A DNA stretch of 51,418 bases, counting the filler, from Catajapyx aquilonaris (taxonomy: Eukaryota), in the NCBI GenBank assembly GCA_000934665.2. It is 2 parts of 2 records of this genome, joined end to end, with 100 filler letters (N's around TTAATTAATTAA, not from the genome) between each part and the next. Parts side by side here need not be neighbours in the genome. Positions count along the whole stretch, not along the records: positions 1 to 25,674 come from JYFJ02005322.1; 1 more part is not named here. One strand, given 5' to 3'. The translations under genes and the position numbers were made by a program. This document shows positions 1 through 10,667 of the stretch, piece by piece. Below the pieces are notes generated by a model. It worked only from the letters and a program-made list of their open reading frames with translations, was not told where the DNA came from and searched no databases. Each line of letters begins with the position of its first letter. Positions within the stretch are counted from its first letter, which is position 1.

Positions 1-122
1 TGATTTCTGTAACCGGATGGATTAGGCGGAACACGGGCATAGCGCCGAAGGGGCGCCAATTGGGGCGCAGCCCCAAGGGGGGGTGTGGGGGGGCGAAGCC
101 CCCCCGCCTCGCAAAGCGAGTC
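1..122 (-). repeat. Dispersed GC-hairpin repeat, inverted copy of 51131-51251, truncated by window start
   Basis: 1-122 is the reverse complement of ~51131-51251 with few mismatches; contains GGGGGGCGAAGCCCCCC and CTCGCAAAGCGAG hairpins; similarity stops at ...GCGAGTC. Confidence 0.85.
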
Positions 123-332
123 CATTAGATAAACTCCCTGTAGCAAAAATCTCTCCCTAGAGAAAAATATATTGTGATCCATATAAACATGTGCTAACAA
201 TGCCCTCCTGCTACAAAAAATAAATAAATCATTCTCATTGGTCATAGAATGAATATATTTTGTCAGGGGTTCTCCTGCAATTTAGTGCCCATCTGGCTTG
301 CACACCTAGGTGAACGTGACTGATTTTCTCAG

Positions 333-888
333 GTTCAAACCGTTTTTAGAATGGCACCATTAAGAAAGAGCATCAGCGTGGCAGAGAAGCTTAAAAGGAT
401 CTGTGCCAGGGTTGATTTTTCTGCAATACCACAATACTTTTTAGTGGTTTAGTTCCTAATAATCTTGTCTATACTGACGGGGTCTCCCAAGCTGGAAAGA
501 TCATGTGGGGTAGGTGATAGAGCATCGAGACACTGCCTTTCTTGTCTTTTCTCTCTCACACACTTCCCTGAACTCAAACATAATCCTAATAAGTCATTGG
601 TGGCCTAACTAGACACTACTCCCCCTCTTGTGCAAACCAATGGAATGTCAACTTGAGACCACACCCTCTCTATACCATGGTGTTTGTAACTTGGTGGCTG
701 AGTCCCCCATCCCGGCACCTTCCAGCCAGGCTGGCTCATCCGAAGATAGTTCCCCAATTGCACTCCAGCAAGATGTACTTCAGACACACCTACAAGCAGG
801 TACAAAACTGCTTGCCTACTTAGAACTGCGTGGCTCAGTGGGAAGAATGAATGAATGGTATCACAGGTCACACTTAGAATCTTCCTGA
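333..888 (+). CDS. Possible last two coding exons (333-410, 613-888) of an unidentified upstream gene
   Basis: ttttctcag|GTT..AGG|gttgat gives a 78-nt open phase-0 exon (VQTVFRMAPLRKSISVAEKLKRICAR); actag|ACA continues in frame (TLLPLLCKPMECQ...LLAYLELRGSVGRMNEWYHRSHLESS*). No domain recognised. Confidence 0.3.
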
Positions 889-1567
889 ATGAAAGTCTTT
901 CCCAATCAGATTTTGTTGACAGCAGCTTATTTCACTACAGAACCTAAATATTCAGAAATGTCATTTTGGGTGTCCGCAGTATTAATTTAACTACTCCATG
1001 TTAGAACTCCACGTTTTCTTAAAATCACAATCAGCCACTTAAATAATATGAATAGTTAGAATGCAGTTTTAAATATATGTAATTAACACAACTTAATGTG
1101 GTATTTGTGAAAACTCTAGCTGGCCAACATTACTGTAGGGAACCCTGAATGGTGAGATGTGCTATGTTCAGTTGGTGGTGCCAGACGCAAAGTTACAAAT
1201 GCCAGCCCTTATTGCCAATTATTGGGATTAGTGCAATATGAAGTGGGAATGGAGAATTACAAGTATAATTAATTTTATTGGGAATTTTTTGGGAATAGCC
1301 GTGATGAAAATGATGACTATGATGAAAAAATTGCAAGAATAGTAATTGCATAGCATGCAAATAATTGTTGAACACAAATTTCAATGACAATCCCTTAATT
1401 TGTTGTCTATGCATAAATTCAGAATCAGTAATTTCATGATTTTGGCACCAAGGGAAGGAAAATGGGGGCATTCCTGTTCAGTCAAGATGGAATTCTAGTG
1501 ACATCACAAATGTGAAAACTCTGATTTTACCCATTTGTTTCACAGCAAAATCAGTCCTGGAACATTT

Positions 1568-1824
1568 GAGGAGCGGCAAAGCAAAACCCGCAAGATCCAT
1601 CGCAAACTTTTCTGTAGATCTTGCTGGTTTTGCTTGCACTATGCTGCTGGATCTTGCGGTATTTGCTTGAATCGACAGTTTTTGGGCTCATATACTATGG
1701 AACTAACACATTTTGCCCGACCAGCTTTTAACACCGGATCACAGCCTATGTGACGGACAATATGCCATGCCTATATCGTTTCCCGCCAACATTGGATCTT
1801 GCGGGTTTTGCTTTGCCGCTCTTC
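1568..1824. mobile_element. MITE with ~30-bp TIRs and 4-bp TSD (Sola2-like termini)
   Basis: ATTT|GAGGAGCGGCAAAGCAAAACCCGCAAGATCCA ... TGGATCTTGCGGGTTTTGCTTTGCCGCTCTTC|ATTT. Confidence 0.7.
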
Positions 1825-1975
1825 ATTTGATCTTTTTTAAATACAGGAATTTAATAAAGGAGTGATTGCAAAGAAGTACCACATCATTCTGAGCACTGTG
1901 TCAATGAGCAACTAAGATTGGAAAAAAAGGGGCAGCATTCTATGATACACTGCAACTGTCTCAACATGTTTTATA

Positions 1976-2450
1976 TCCTCCTGAGACCTGATGTCATCAT
2001 GTGTCGACATCAGCAAAAAAAAATTTGGTGCCAACCAGTGATGCCAACAGAACTGTAATCTGTTGGTATCCCATGATTACCATCTGGCCCATGGTCTTAT
2101 AATACTAACGTCTGGTCACTACCTCTTATCGCCTGCTAGGGCATTTTGCATGAGGTGCTCACTTGAGAGCGCCATGAGACCGCCTTTCACTGCTACATTA
2201 TGTGACGACCCTACCGGACCACGCTAAACTTTAAAGGTACAAAAGGGAAGCGCTACATTGGGGGACCCAACATGGTCGCCGGGGGCCATGTTGGGCCCGC
2301 ATGTAGCGCTTCCCTTATTGGTTGTTTGTCATTATTTTTGTCAATATTTTAGAACTATTATTTTTTTCTTGTTTCTTATTGGGAAAATGTTCAGAAAATG
2401 CAATAGGAACTGACATTGCGTTACTCAATTATTCTCGGGTCTCAGGAGGA
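1976..2450. mobile_element. Non-autonomous DNA element with TCCTCCTGAGACC TIRs and nested repeats
   Basis: TATA|TCCTCCTGAGACCTGA ... TCGGGTCTCAGGAGGA|TTTA; contains a half copy of the 36250 MITE (~2090-2225) and a hairpin at ~2243-2315. Confidence 0.55.
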
Positions 2451-2674
2451 TTTAGCAAATTTCTTTGCACAGGGAGAAAATTCTGTTTCCTTGAGTTTCG
2501 TTACAGAGAGCACAGAGAATGTGTACATATCTGGAGGCTTGCTCTCTAAGGCACTAAATTGCTGCGTCACACGTAATCTGTTCATGTAGTGGAAAATTAA
2601 TGAGATTATTCACATATGAGAAAAGTGATCACTGCTGGGTTTGCTTGACACTAATGATGATGACCTGATGATGG

Positions 2675-5600
2675 TCATTGGAGTTCTGGAGGCAGTGGAA
2701 TCTTCTTTAACAAGGCAAACGTCTTCAAAGCCTCATATTTGCTGCGAAGGGCATCCACTTCTTCACCCAACCTGTTGACATCATCTTCCATTTTATCTAC
2801 GTCCTTCTCTTCATCAGTTTTCTCATTTTCCAGCTCATCCTTTTGTTCAATTCTTTTGATGCGACAACTGGAAAACAGAATTCGTAACATTTGCAAAGAT
2901 GCATACAAAACAGGAGCCAACCTTGCAGCATATCCTCGATTTTTCAATGTTCGTCTCCGTTGCTTCATTCTAACAATTTCCTCTCGATTCAACCCTCGTA
3001 ACTTGAGTTGGCGGTTCAAATCTCGTACTGATACTGAAACCAACTCATCGTCAGATATGTCCAGCACTGGTCCTGGGGATAGTGGAGCTTTCTGTAGAAG
3101 TAAAATAAAGAAGTTAGATGATGCCAAATAGCCTGTAGTTGCTTTGGCTCCCCCAATGAATAAGCAACCAAAGTTAGATGTCACATCAGAGGACAAAAAG
3201 CACATGACAATTATTGTTAAGGTTATGAGACGCGACTATTCTAAGATCTTCAGCATGAGAAATTGAACATGAAGAAAGCAAAACCTTCCTTGAACTAGTA
3301 CTGTGCGAAATATTACAGCCTTGGGTAACTGAGCCTTTAAAAAAGCATCCTTAGTTCGGACAGAATATAACAAGCAAAACAACTGCTACACTCTTTAAAC
3401 ACAATTTACAGACAATATGTCAAATTTTGATTTTTGGCTAGTGGTTTAGCAATCCAGAGCACTGTATTCTTGTCCTCCCTGTTCCAACATCCCAAATGCA
3501 AGTATATGATTTGCAACAGGTCAAGTTTGGGTATCATAAGATTGCACACCCAGACCTGCCTGTTTTGATGATTCAGAGAAATCTACACAGTACCCAGAGG
3601 AAACAAATATCACACCATATCCAATTCACCTAGTACCCTGCAGTCGTCCACCACTCTCGTCATCAAAACAGGCCGGTCTAGCTGTGCAACCTTGTGATCT
3701 CCAGGCTATACTAATTTGGATCCAAGTGCCCTGATCTGGTCAGGGGCTACTTTATAATTGATATTAAGGAGGTTGGCCCAGCATTGCTTTCAACCTCCAA
3801 GGTTAGGGAAGGAATGAAGCGGCTGTGGCCTATAATACGGAAGCGACCCCGGAATTATCCTAGAAAGACTGTGGAAAACCACAGAAAACCACGGACAGGG
3901 TTGCTGGCCCCGGGATTCGAACCCAGGACCTCCCGATTAGCAGTCGGACGCCCTATCCACTATGCCAACCTGCTTCGGTTGCATCTGGCTACAGTAAAAC
4001 TTCTATAAGTCAAACTTCCCCAAGCCGAAGAAAATGATGAGCTTGGTTGGTCGCAATGTAAAATAATAGGAAATAAACTTCCCTAACTTGAATTTCTATA
4101 ACTCGATGTTCTCCATAACTCGAAGTGCTGGCAGGGCCTTAAGACGGGATATCAATGCATTTTCAGTCTCTCTAAGTCGAAGTTCATGTTGGGAGTACGG
4201 AAAATTTTCTCATTTCCCAGCCGAAGGGTCGAGCGTAGACCACATGTACAGAAAGGCTCAATTTCCTGATCTCGGTCTATCACACGTACCGAAAGAAGCG
4301 TTTGAATCGATTGTGACAATTGAATCCTTGAATCTAAGAGTAGGCAAAATGTCCATAACGGAGATTTTTTTTACACCAAAACAACGAGGAACATTGTAAG
4401 CGTGATAGTGACAGTTATTTTTAAGTTTTGAACACCTTTTGTCGCTGGATATAAAGGTAGGCTTCCTTATAGAGTGATGTGCTTCAAAAATTCCAAACTT
4501 CTCTAACTCGAATCTTCTATAACTCGAAGTTTTTTTCCGGCCCCATGGAGATTCGACATAGAAGTTTTACTGTATATCCTTTCTTACACATTCTAACTAA
4601 CTAAAATGTGCCGTCCGTACAGCACAAGGTGCTGCATGGATTCTCGCTTCAGGTTTGTATCCAGGCTATCTAATCCAAGATTGCATTGGTTGTCTTGTAA
4701 CCATGCTCATCTATTGTTTTAACCAATCACTAATGTGCATGCAAGTCACCATACAGGCCAAATTGTGAAACCAGCTGCATGTAACATACAACCTCCCCAC
4801 GTTTCCCTACACTGGCTGATACACATGCAAATCTGGCGAATATAATTATGTGCCAACTATTCTGGGGTTCAAAAATGAACAGAAAAACTTTATACCTTTC
4901 CCGATCCTTGCCCGTGTGAATGCTTTTTCTCCCCACTTTTCCTTCCTTCAGGTGGCATTTCTGCCCAAGTGTCGAAAGCCAGTCCACTTTCTAATGTATC
5001 CAACGATGTATCCTTCTGCTACACCTAAGACTGTGTTCCTCGGAAGGCCAGTTGCACCACCGAATTGCAAGTCATACCCTGAGGTAGTCTTGTCATTACC
5101 CAAGCATCTGGCTCACTGGCGGGCTAAAGTGAAGATGCTCCGCCAGTTGGCAGCACATTAGAGGGTCTCTGGCGGTCTGCGGTCTCGACCAGGGTCCCCT
5201 ACATGGTTGCCCTCATGGAGGTTACCCTGGTCTCGACCGAAGATCTGGACTTCAGCTCTTGATCAGCATATCATGAGTCCTTTTTTCCCATCAAATTTTA
5301 CGAGCACATACCTGTGCCGTCTAGGAAAGTTTTGACAGGGGTTTTGAATTGAAAAAAAAAAAAAAAACAGTTTCCCATGCCTACTTGGAGATGGGAGAAA
5401 AATTCGGAGAAAAAGGTCTCATATATCAAACGAATCACAGTGGCCTGCAGTGGCATATAGTGGTTTTCACAACCCTGTTAACTCGCATGGCCTTATAGTG
5501 GCGTCGGATCTCTCAGTAGAATCCGTCTCTGATAGAATCGAAACCAAGCCAAATGCCCAAATCAACCCGGAATATTACACTCTGTCCTGTAGTACTTGCC

Positions 5601-5790
5601 ACTTTCAAAGAGCTCTTTGGCGGCTCTTTGAGTGAAGAGGAATATGACTGTGGCGTTTTCCTTACTGTGCCAACAAAAACGGTGTAGCTCTATATCTTTC
5701 AATTTTCCGAGCTTAATTTTGCTGGGGAAAGAAAAAAAAAAGTAGATGTAATCAGTTACTTACCTTTTTCTGGCAGTTATGCAGTGACAT
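2675..5790 (-). CDS. maf-S: Small Maf bZIP transcription factor, 129 aa; coding exons 5764-5790, 2922-3091, 2675-2867
   Basis: [79 protein letters not shown]...PLPPELQ*; Maf extended-homology and basic region; GT-AG sites keep frame. The 27-nt first exon is inferred from an ATG plus AAG|GTAAGT donor. Confidence 0.93.
3715..3979 (-). mobile_element. tRNA-derived SINE, family A head
   Basis: Reverse strand ACCGAAGCAG...CCGACTGCTAATCGGGAGGTCCTGGGTTCGAATCCCGG (B box) matches copies at 9278 and 32731; its 3' tail differs from both. Confidence 0.8.
3992..4572. mobile_element. Tigger/pogo-type MITE
   Basis: TA|CAGTAAAACTTCTAT ... ATAGAAGTTTTACTG|TA; repeated AACTCGAA subterminal motifs; second copy at 25480. 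Confidence 0.85.
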
Positions 5791-7337
5791 GTAGGCTATT
5801 CTGTTTTCTATGCTTTCAAAATTTCGATTAAAATGAAACGCAAGTGGCGAAGATGTGTGTTTCCAGCAGATTGTATAAACAATGCATCAGTTTTTCGCTC
5901 CTACTAGTTAGCAGTGCCTCTATCAACAATGTGGTAACCCATATCCCAAGCACACCAGCTCTTGGCACACTAACATCTGTGAACAAACCTGTCAACATCT
6001 TGAACAAAACTTATGATATACTGTGTATGCTCACCTTGATGACAACATTTTCTCCCAGATATGGAGATGACTTCGATGTGCATGGGGTGACTTGCAGGTG
6101 GTGGGTCAGTGCCCACGACAACTACTGATTATGCTCTGATGGGAAGCGCGTCGATGGTGAACAACTCTCCCATATATGTTGGACCGAGGCGTGGACCGAG
6201 GGGAATCAGCTCACTTATTATTGGTTCTTGGCTGCCGTCCATCCCACTATGTCTGTTCACGAAGGTTTCGGACGACAGACTGACCGATTGTTGACGCCTG
6301 CTGCTGCTGATTGTTCCAAATTGTTGCCTATAGGTATAACCATTAGCTCTTGGTATAACGAAATACTCGCCTGTTCCTTTGCGGGGACAGAATGATGGCC
6401 TGGAGGAAAGGGTGGTACCATTGTTTTAAATTTGCATTTGCAAATTCGACCTTACAAATGTCGCAAATATTTAAAAACCGCTCAATATTTGCACTAATTT
6501 CGCGATTCGAATCATATTCGAATAACATTTGAAATGATGCCCAAACCCGCCCAAACCTCTGGACCAATAGGAGACAAGTTTTACGTCTGTTTAACAATTT
6601 TACACATTTTTTCTATCATAAAACTACACAAAGATGTAATTTAAAATGTGGGGTTTAATACTATATTTTAATTCCACCAGGGTTCTCTATAGTATCTAAT
6701 CTTATGGCGTGACTTGTGACGCGTCTCAACCCGATCACCAATAGAATCAGAGATAGTGTGTACCACTAGAATGTGTAAACGCGAAAAGTACACAATTTCA
6801 CATCATGTACACCAGACGCATGCGCATTAACATTGTGGTTAATTCATGTTCACTTGAATGGAAGGCAAAAATGAGGTTAACTACACTAAACATGAACATT
6901 GTGAAGAGGTCATGTTACAAATTAATGTTTCATCATATAATAAAACCTAATAGCAAATTAAAATTTATTATTTACGCCAGCCGTATTCATACGGGACGTG
7001 ACCATTGCAAATTTTATGTTCGTCTGTTCACCTTTAGAAACGGGAGATGTCGCATCGGTAGGTCTGTTGGTCTATTGAGAAAGAGAGAAACGTCTTCTTT
7101 GTAGTCTCTGCTCAGTACGTCATCATTTCTTCTGTCTGGTCATCCGGAAGACATTTTTCAGAAGAAGACGAAATATACCCAGCCTTTCAGCTGACAATTA
7201 CAAATAATCGAGTCATTCGCCTTCGTCCTGAACAAAGTCCAGAAACGGCTGCTGGGGTTAGTGTTCTGAGAGTCATTAGGCTCGTCGCTGTCGCATTCTT
7301 GCCAGCAACTTGATCCTGAACTCATACTTCACACCTG
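5791..7337. promoter_or_regulatory. Bidirectional promoter region of maf-S/Hrs, including probable Hrs non-coding first exon (~7112-7337)
   Basis: Divergent gene starts; NRF1/ewg-like ACGCATGCGCAT at ~6816; TCAGT initiator-like motif at ~7112; donor CTG|GTATGG at 7337 could splice to acceptor at 10636. Confidence 0.5.
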
Positions 7338-7940
7338 GTATGGTTTCGTTTTTATATACTTGCAACGGTCATTGACATGTGTTATGTGTGATGCTATGGT
7401 TGCATTTTTTTTTTACTGTAATTGTTTTGATTAAATTGCATTATATGATGGGTATGGTGCATCTCTAAAGTGTTGGTCTGTTGCGAGATGTTGTAGTTAT
7501 GGTCTTGAATCAAAGAATTGTATAGCTCTGCCAGTGGAACTTAGTGTTGATATTACCATCCTTCCGCTGTTAGTTTCATTATTGATATTGTCGATGTCAG
7601 TACTCACTTTTTTCCCTCCAATTTCTGCAACTTGTAGTGGAAGATGTTCTTAATAATCTGAAATGAAAAGGTGAAGCACAGTTTTGACCTTATGACTCAG
7701 ATATGGTAAAAAATCTGCATGTGAAATTTCCAATTTTTCAATTTTTCCAATTTTAAAATCACCACAGGTGCTAGATTAAGTTTGCAAGTAATAGTAGAAG
7801 ACAATCGATTTTTGGAGTTGCACATTGTTCACTAAAAGAGATATTGCGAGAGATATTGAATGAAATGATTTTGCAACTCCGGATACACAGGTTCAAATGG
7901 GACATTGCAATATAGGAGTAGGTGATTTTTGATACATTAA

Positions 7941-8246
7941 CCCTGGAACCGTGCCGTGCCTGAAAGTTACGGAAACTGTGCCCCCACGGCAGGGTTCCCT
8001 TAACTTTCAGGCACGGCACCCCACGCCATATTTTAATTTTCATTAATTTTTATATAATACTTTTCAATGTATTGATTATATGTAATCATTCTTTGAACAA
8101 TGCCTAAAATGATCGCTAATTCAAAATAAACATGCACTTCCTGTTACATACTTTTTTTAAATGGCAAACAGTTCATAGTAATTGTAATTTTAGTGCATTT
8201 TAATTCCTTTGGGGTCCAAAAAGACCCCCACGGCACGGTTCCAGGG
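7941..8246. mobile_element. piggyBac-type MITE
   Basis: TTAA|CCCTGGAACCGTGCCGTG ... CACGGCACGGTTCCAGGG|TTAA: perfect 18-bp TIR and TTAA TSD. Confidence 0.9.
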
Positions 8247-8799
8247 TTAATGTTACTTTTAGATTTAGTGAACAATTGGCGCCTTGGAAAATGTCACAAA
8301 CTAGATACAGCAAAACTGCATTTCACTTTTTCATCATACATTATTATGAACAATTTCTATTTAAAATTGGCCTTAGGTGAAATTACATGGCTTTTTGTAT
8401 TTTTACAGCCATTCTCTCCATACCTTGCCACACTAGGAAAGCTAGAAAAACTCAGAAATTTAAATGCAAACTTAACCTGGGCCAACCATATTCACTGGTA
8501 TGGCATTGTTCCAATCCATGTTGCCATGCTTCTAACATTTTTATGTTTGTAATGAAAAGAGTATTCGGCAATTCAGAAATATCTGAGTTGAGTCTTGTGA
8601 CACCTGAATAGTTAGCCTGATCCTTTTGAACTGATTTGCTGAATGGTTCAGTTCTCAGTCAACTCATGCAACTTACAGTTAGTGTGGTGCAGAGAAGTTA
8701 GGAGCTGGGCAAGCACACAGGAAAGTGAGTTGCCGAATAGGTGTAGTTCCTACTCAAAAGATTTTTGGAAGAAATATTGCAAGACCACACTTCTCACAC

Positions 8800-10325
8800 C
8801 AGGGTTGTGAGCCGAACTGAACCCTTGTTCCGTGAACCCGATAACATTGAACCCGCTCCGGAGCAGTAGAGAAGGGTTCGGAGCGAGCGTCGGAACTGGG
8901 TACAGGTTCAAGCCGGTTCAGGCGGAGAGTTGAGCCCAGGTCGGAGTGGGTTCGGGGTTCGGTTCAGGCCAACGGGTTCAGGAGCGGGTTCGGAGCGGGT
9001 TCAGAGCTTGGTTTGGTATAACATACCAACCCAACAGGGGGAAAGGCAGTAAAACCGCTGGATTTACTCCAGAGTATGTGTCATGTTTTCATGGAGGGAG
9101 AATGACATTTCCAAGCACCCGTGATACAGGGGGTACCGCAAACGTCACATTTTGATGTCATACGCATTTTTGTACGTTACAATATGTCATACGCACTTTT
9201 GTATGCCACAATGTCATACGCACTTTTGTATGCCACAATGTCATACGCACTTTTGTATGCCACAATGTGTCAGAGGCACCGAAGCAGTGGTAGCGGAGGG
9301 GATATGGTATCCGACTGCTAATCGGGAGGTCCTGGGTTCGAATCCCGGTGGCCGCCCACCCTGACTGTGGTTTTCTGTGGTTTCCCATGGTCTCACCAGG
9401 AAAATTCCGGGGTCGTGTCCATAATTATATGCCACAGCCGCTTCCTTCTGTCTCTATCCCATCCCCATATACGAGAAGTAAAAACAAAAGCAAGAGTTCC
9501 AGATTTTTAAAAAATATGGTGGTATCCCACCCCCCTAAGAGGGCCCATGGCCCTAGCACGGGGTACAAATTATTAAAAATATGTCAGAGGCCTACCCATT
9601 TTTGGGATGTCACATTCTCATGTCATACGCATTTGTTGTTATGTCACATTTTTATGTCTTACGCATTTTTTGTATGTTACAATATCATATTATTGTAACA
9701 TCCAAAAAATGCGTATGACATGAGAATGTGACATCCAAAAAATGGGTATGACATATTGTGGCATACAAAAATGCGTATGACATATTGTAACGTACAAAAT
9801 TGCGTATGACATAAAAATGTGACATTCAACAAATGCATATGACATGAGAATGTGACATACAACAAATGCATATGACATGAGAATGTGACATCCAAAAAAT
9901 GGGTAGGCCTATGACATATTGTGGCATACAAAAATGCGTATGACATATTGTAACGTACAAAAATGCGCATGACATCAAAATGTGACGTTTGCGGTACACC
10001 CTGTATCGCGGGGGCTTGGAAATGTCATTCTCCCACCATGAAAACATGATGCATACTCTGGAGTAAATCCAGCTGTTTTACTGCCTTTCCCCCTGTTGCG
10101 TTGGTATGTTGTACCTAACCAAGCTTTGAACCACTCCGAACCCGCTCCTGAACCCGTTGGCCTGAACCGAACCCCGAACCCGCTCTGACCTTGGCTCCAC
10201 TCTCCCCCTGAACCGGCTTGAACCCGTACCCAGTTCCGACACTCGCTCCGAACCCGACTCTACTGCTCCGGAGGTTCACGTTATCAGGTTCACGGAACAA
10301 GAGTTCGGCTCGGTTCACAACCCTG
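8800..10325. mobile_element. Long foldback hAT-like non-autonomous element
   Basis: CAGGGTTGTGA...TCACAACCCTG termini, perfect 8-bp TSD TCTCACAC (8792-8799 / 10326-10333), inverted arms over most of the length, GAACC/GGTTC subterminal repeats, internal 27-bp-unit minisatellite. Confidence 0.9.
9278..9581 (+). mobile_element. tRNA-derived SINE family A inserted in the hAT foldback
   Basis: tRNA-like head with B box GGTTCGAATCC; 3' tail CCCCTAAGAGGGCCCATGG..CACGGGGTA plus A-rich end; TSD TGTCAGAGGC; empty site visible in the opposite arm (~9900-9925). Confidence 0.88.
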
Positions 10326-10667
10326 TCTCACACTGTACGTAACAACACATCTGGCATGGGTTGGATACATGGTCACTTGCATGGTTTGAAAGAGAATTTG
10401 CCAGCAACACATTGTCATGCATTGTGAATTTACTGATATTGCTTACTCATCTTCATGACCTGCAATAGCCCCTGCAGTTTAGTGGCAGAACACACATTTA
10501 AAAAAGTGTGGAGGTGGGTTCAATTCCCAGCAGAGGCAAAAGGTCTCATTATAGTGGCAGTTTAGCATAAATATGAAACCTCATACATTAGCTTGTCAAA
10601 GGCAAAGTGTATATGCAGCATCTTTTTTGTTCTAGGAAGCACGTCAGGAAGTGAGGAGACTTGGGCC

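Noticed and set aside
2739..3131. 130-aa plus-strand ORF
   Set aside because: Antisense shadow of the maf-S coding sequence.
9150..9270. Regular repeats resembling a CRISPR array
   Set aside because: 27-bp tandem units with no unique spacers, inside a eukaryotic hAT foldback; no cas genes.
9278..9360. tRNA genes here and at 3979, 18375, 24156, 25338, 30319, 32731
   Set aside because: A/B boxes are present, but the acceptor stems do not pair well and each continues into a SINE body, most with a tail and TSD.
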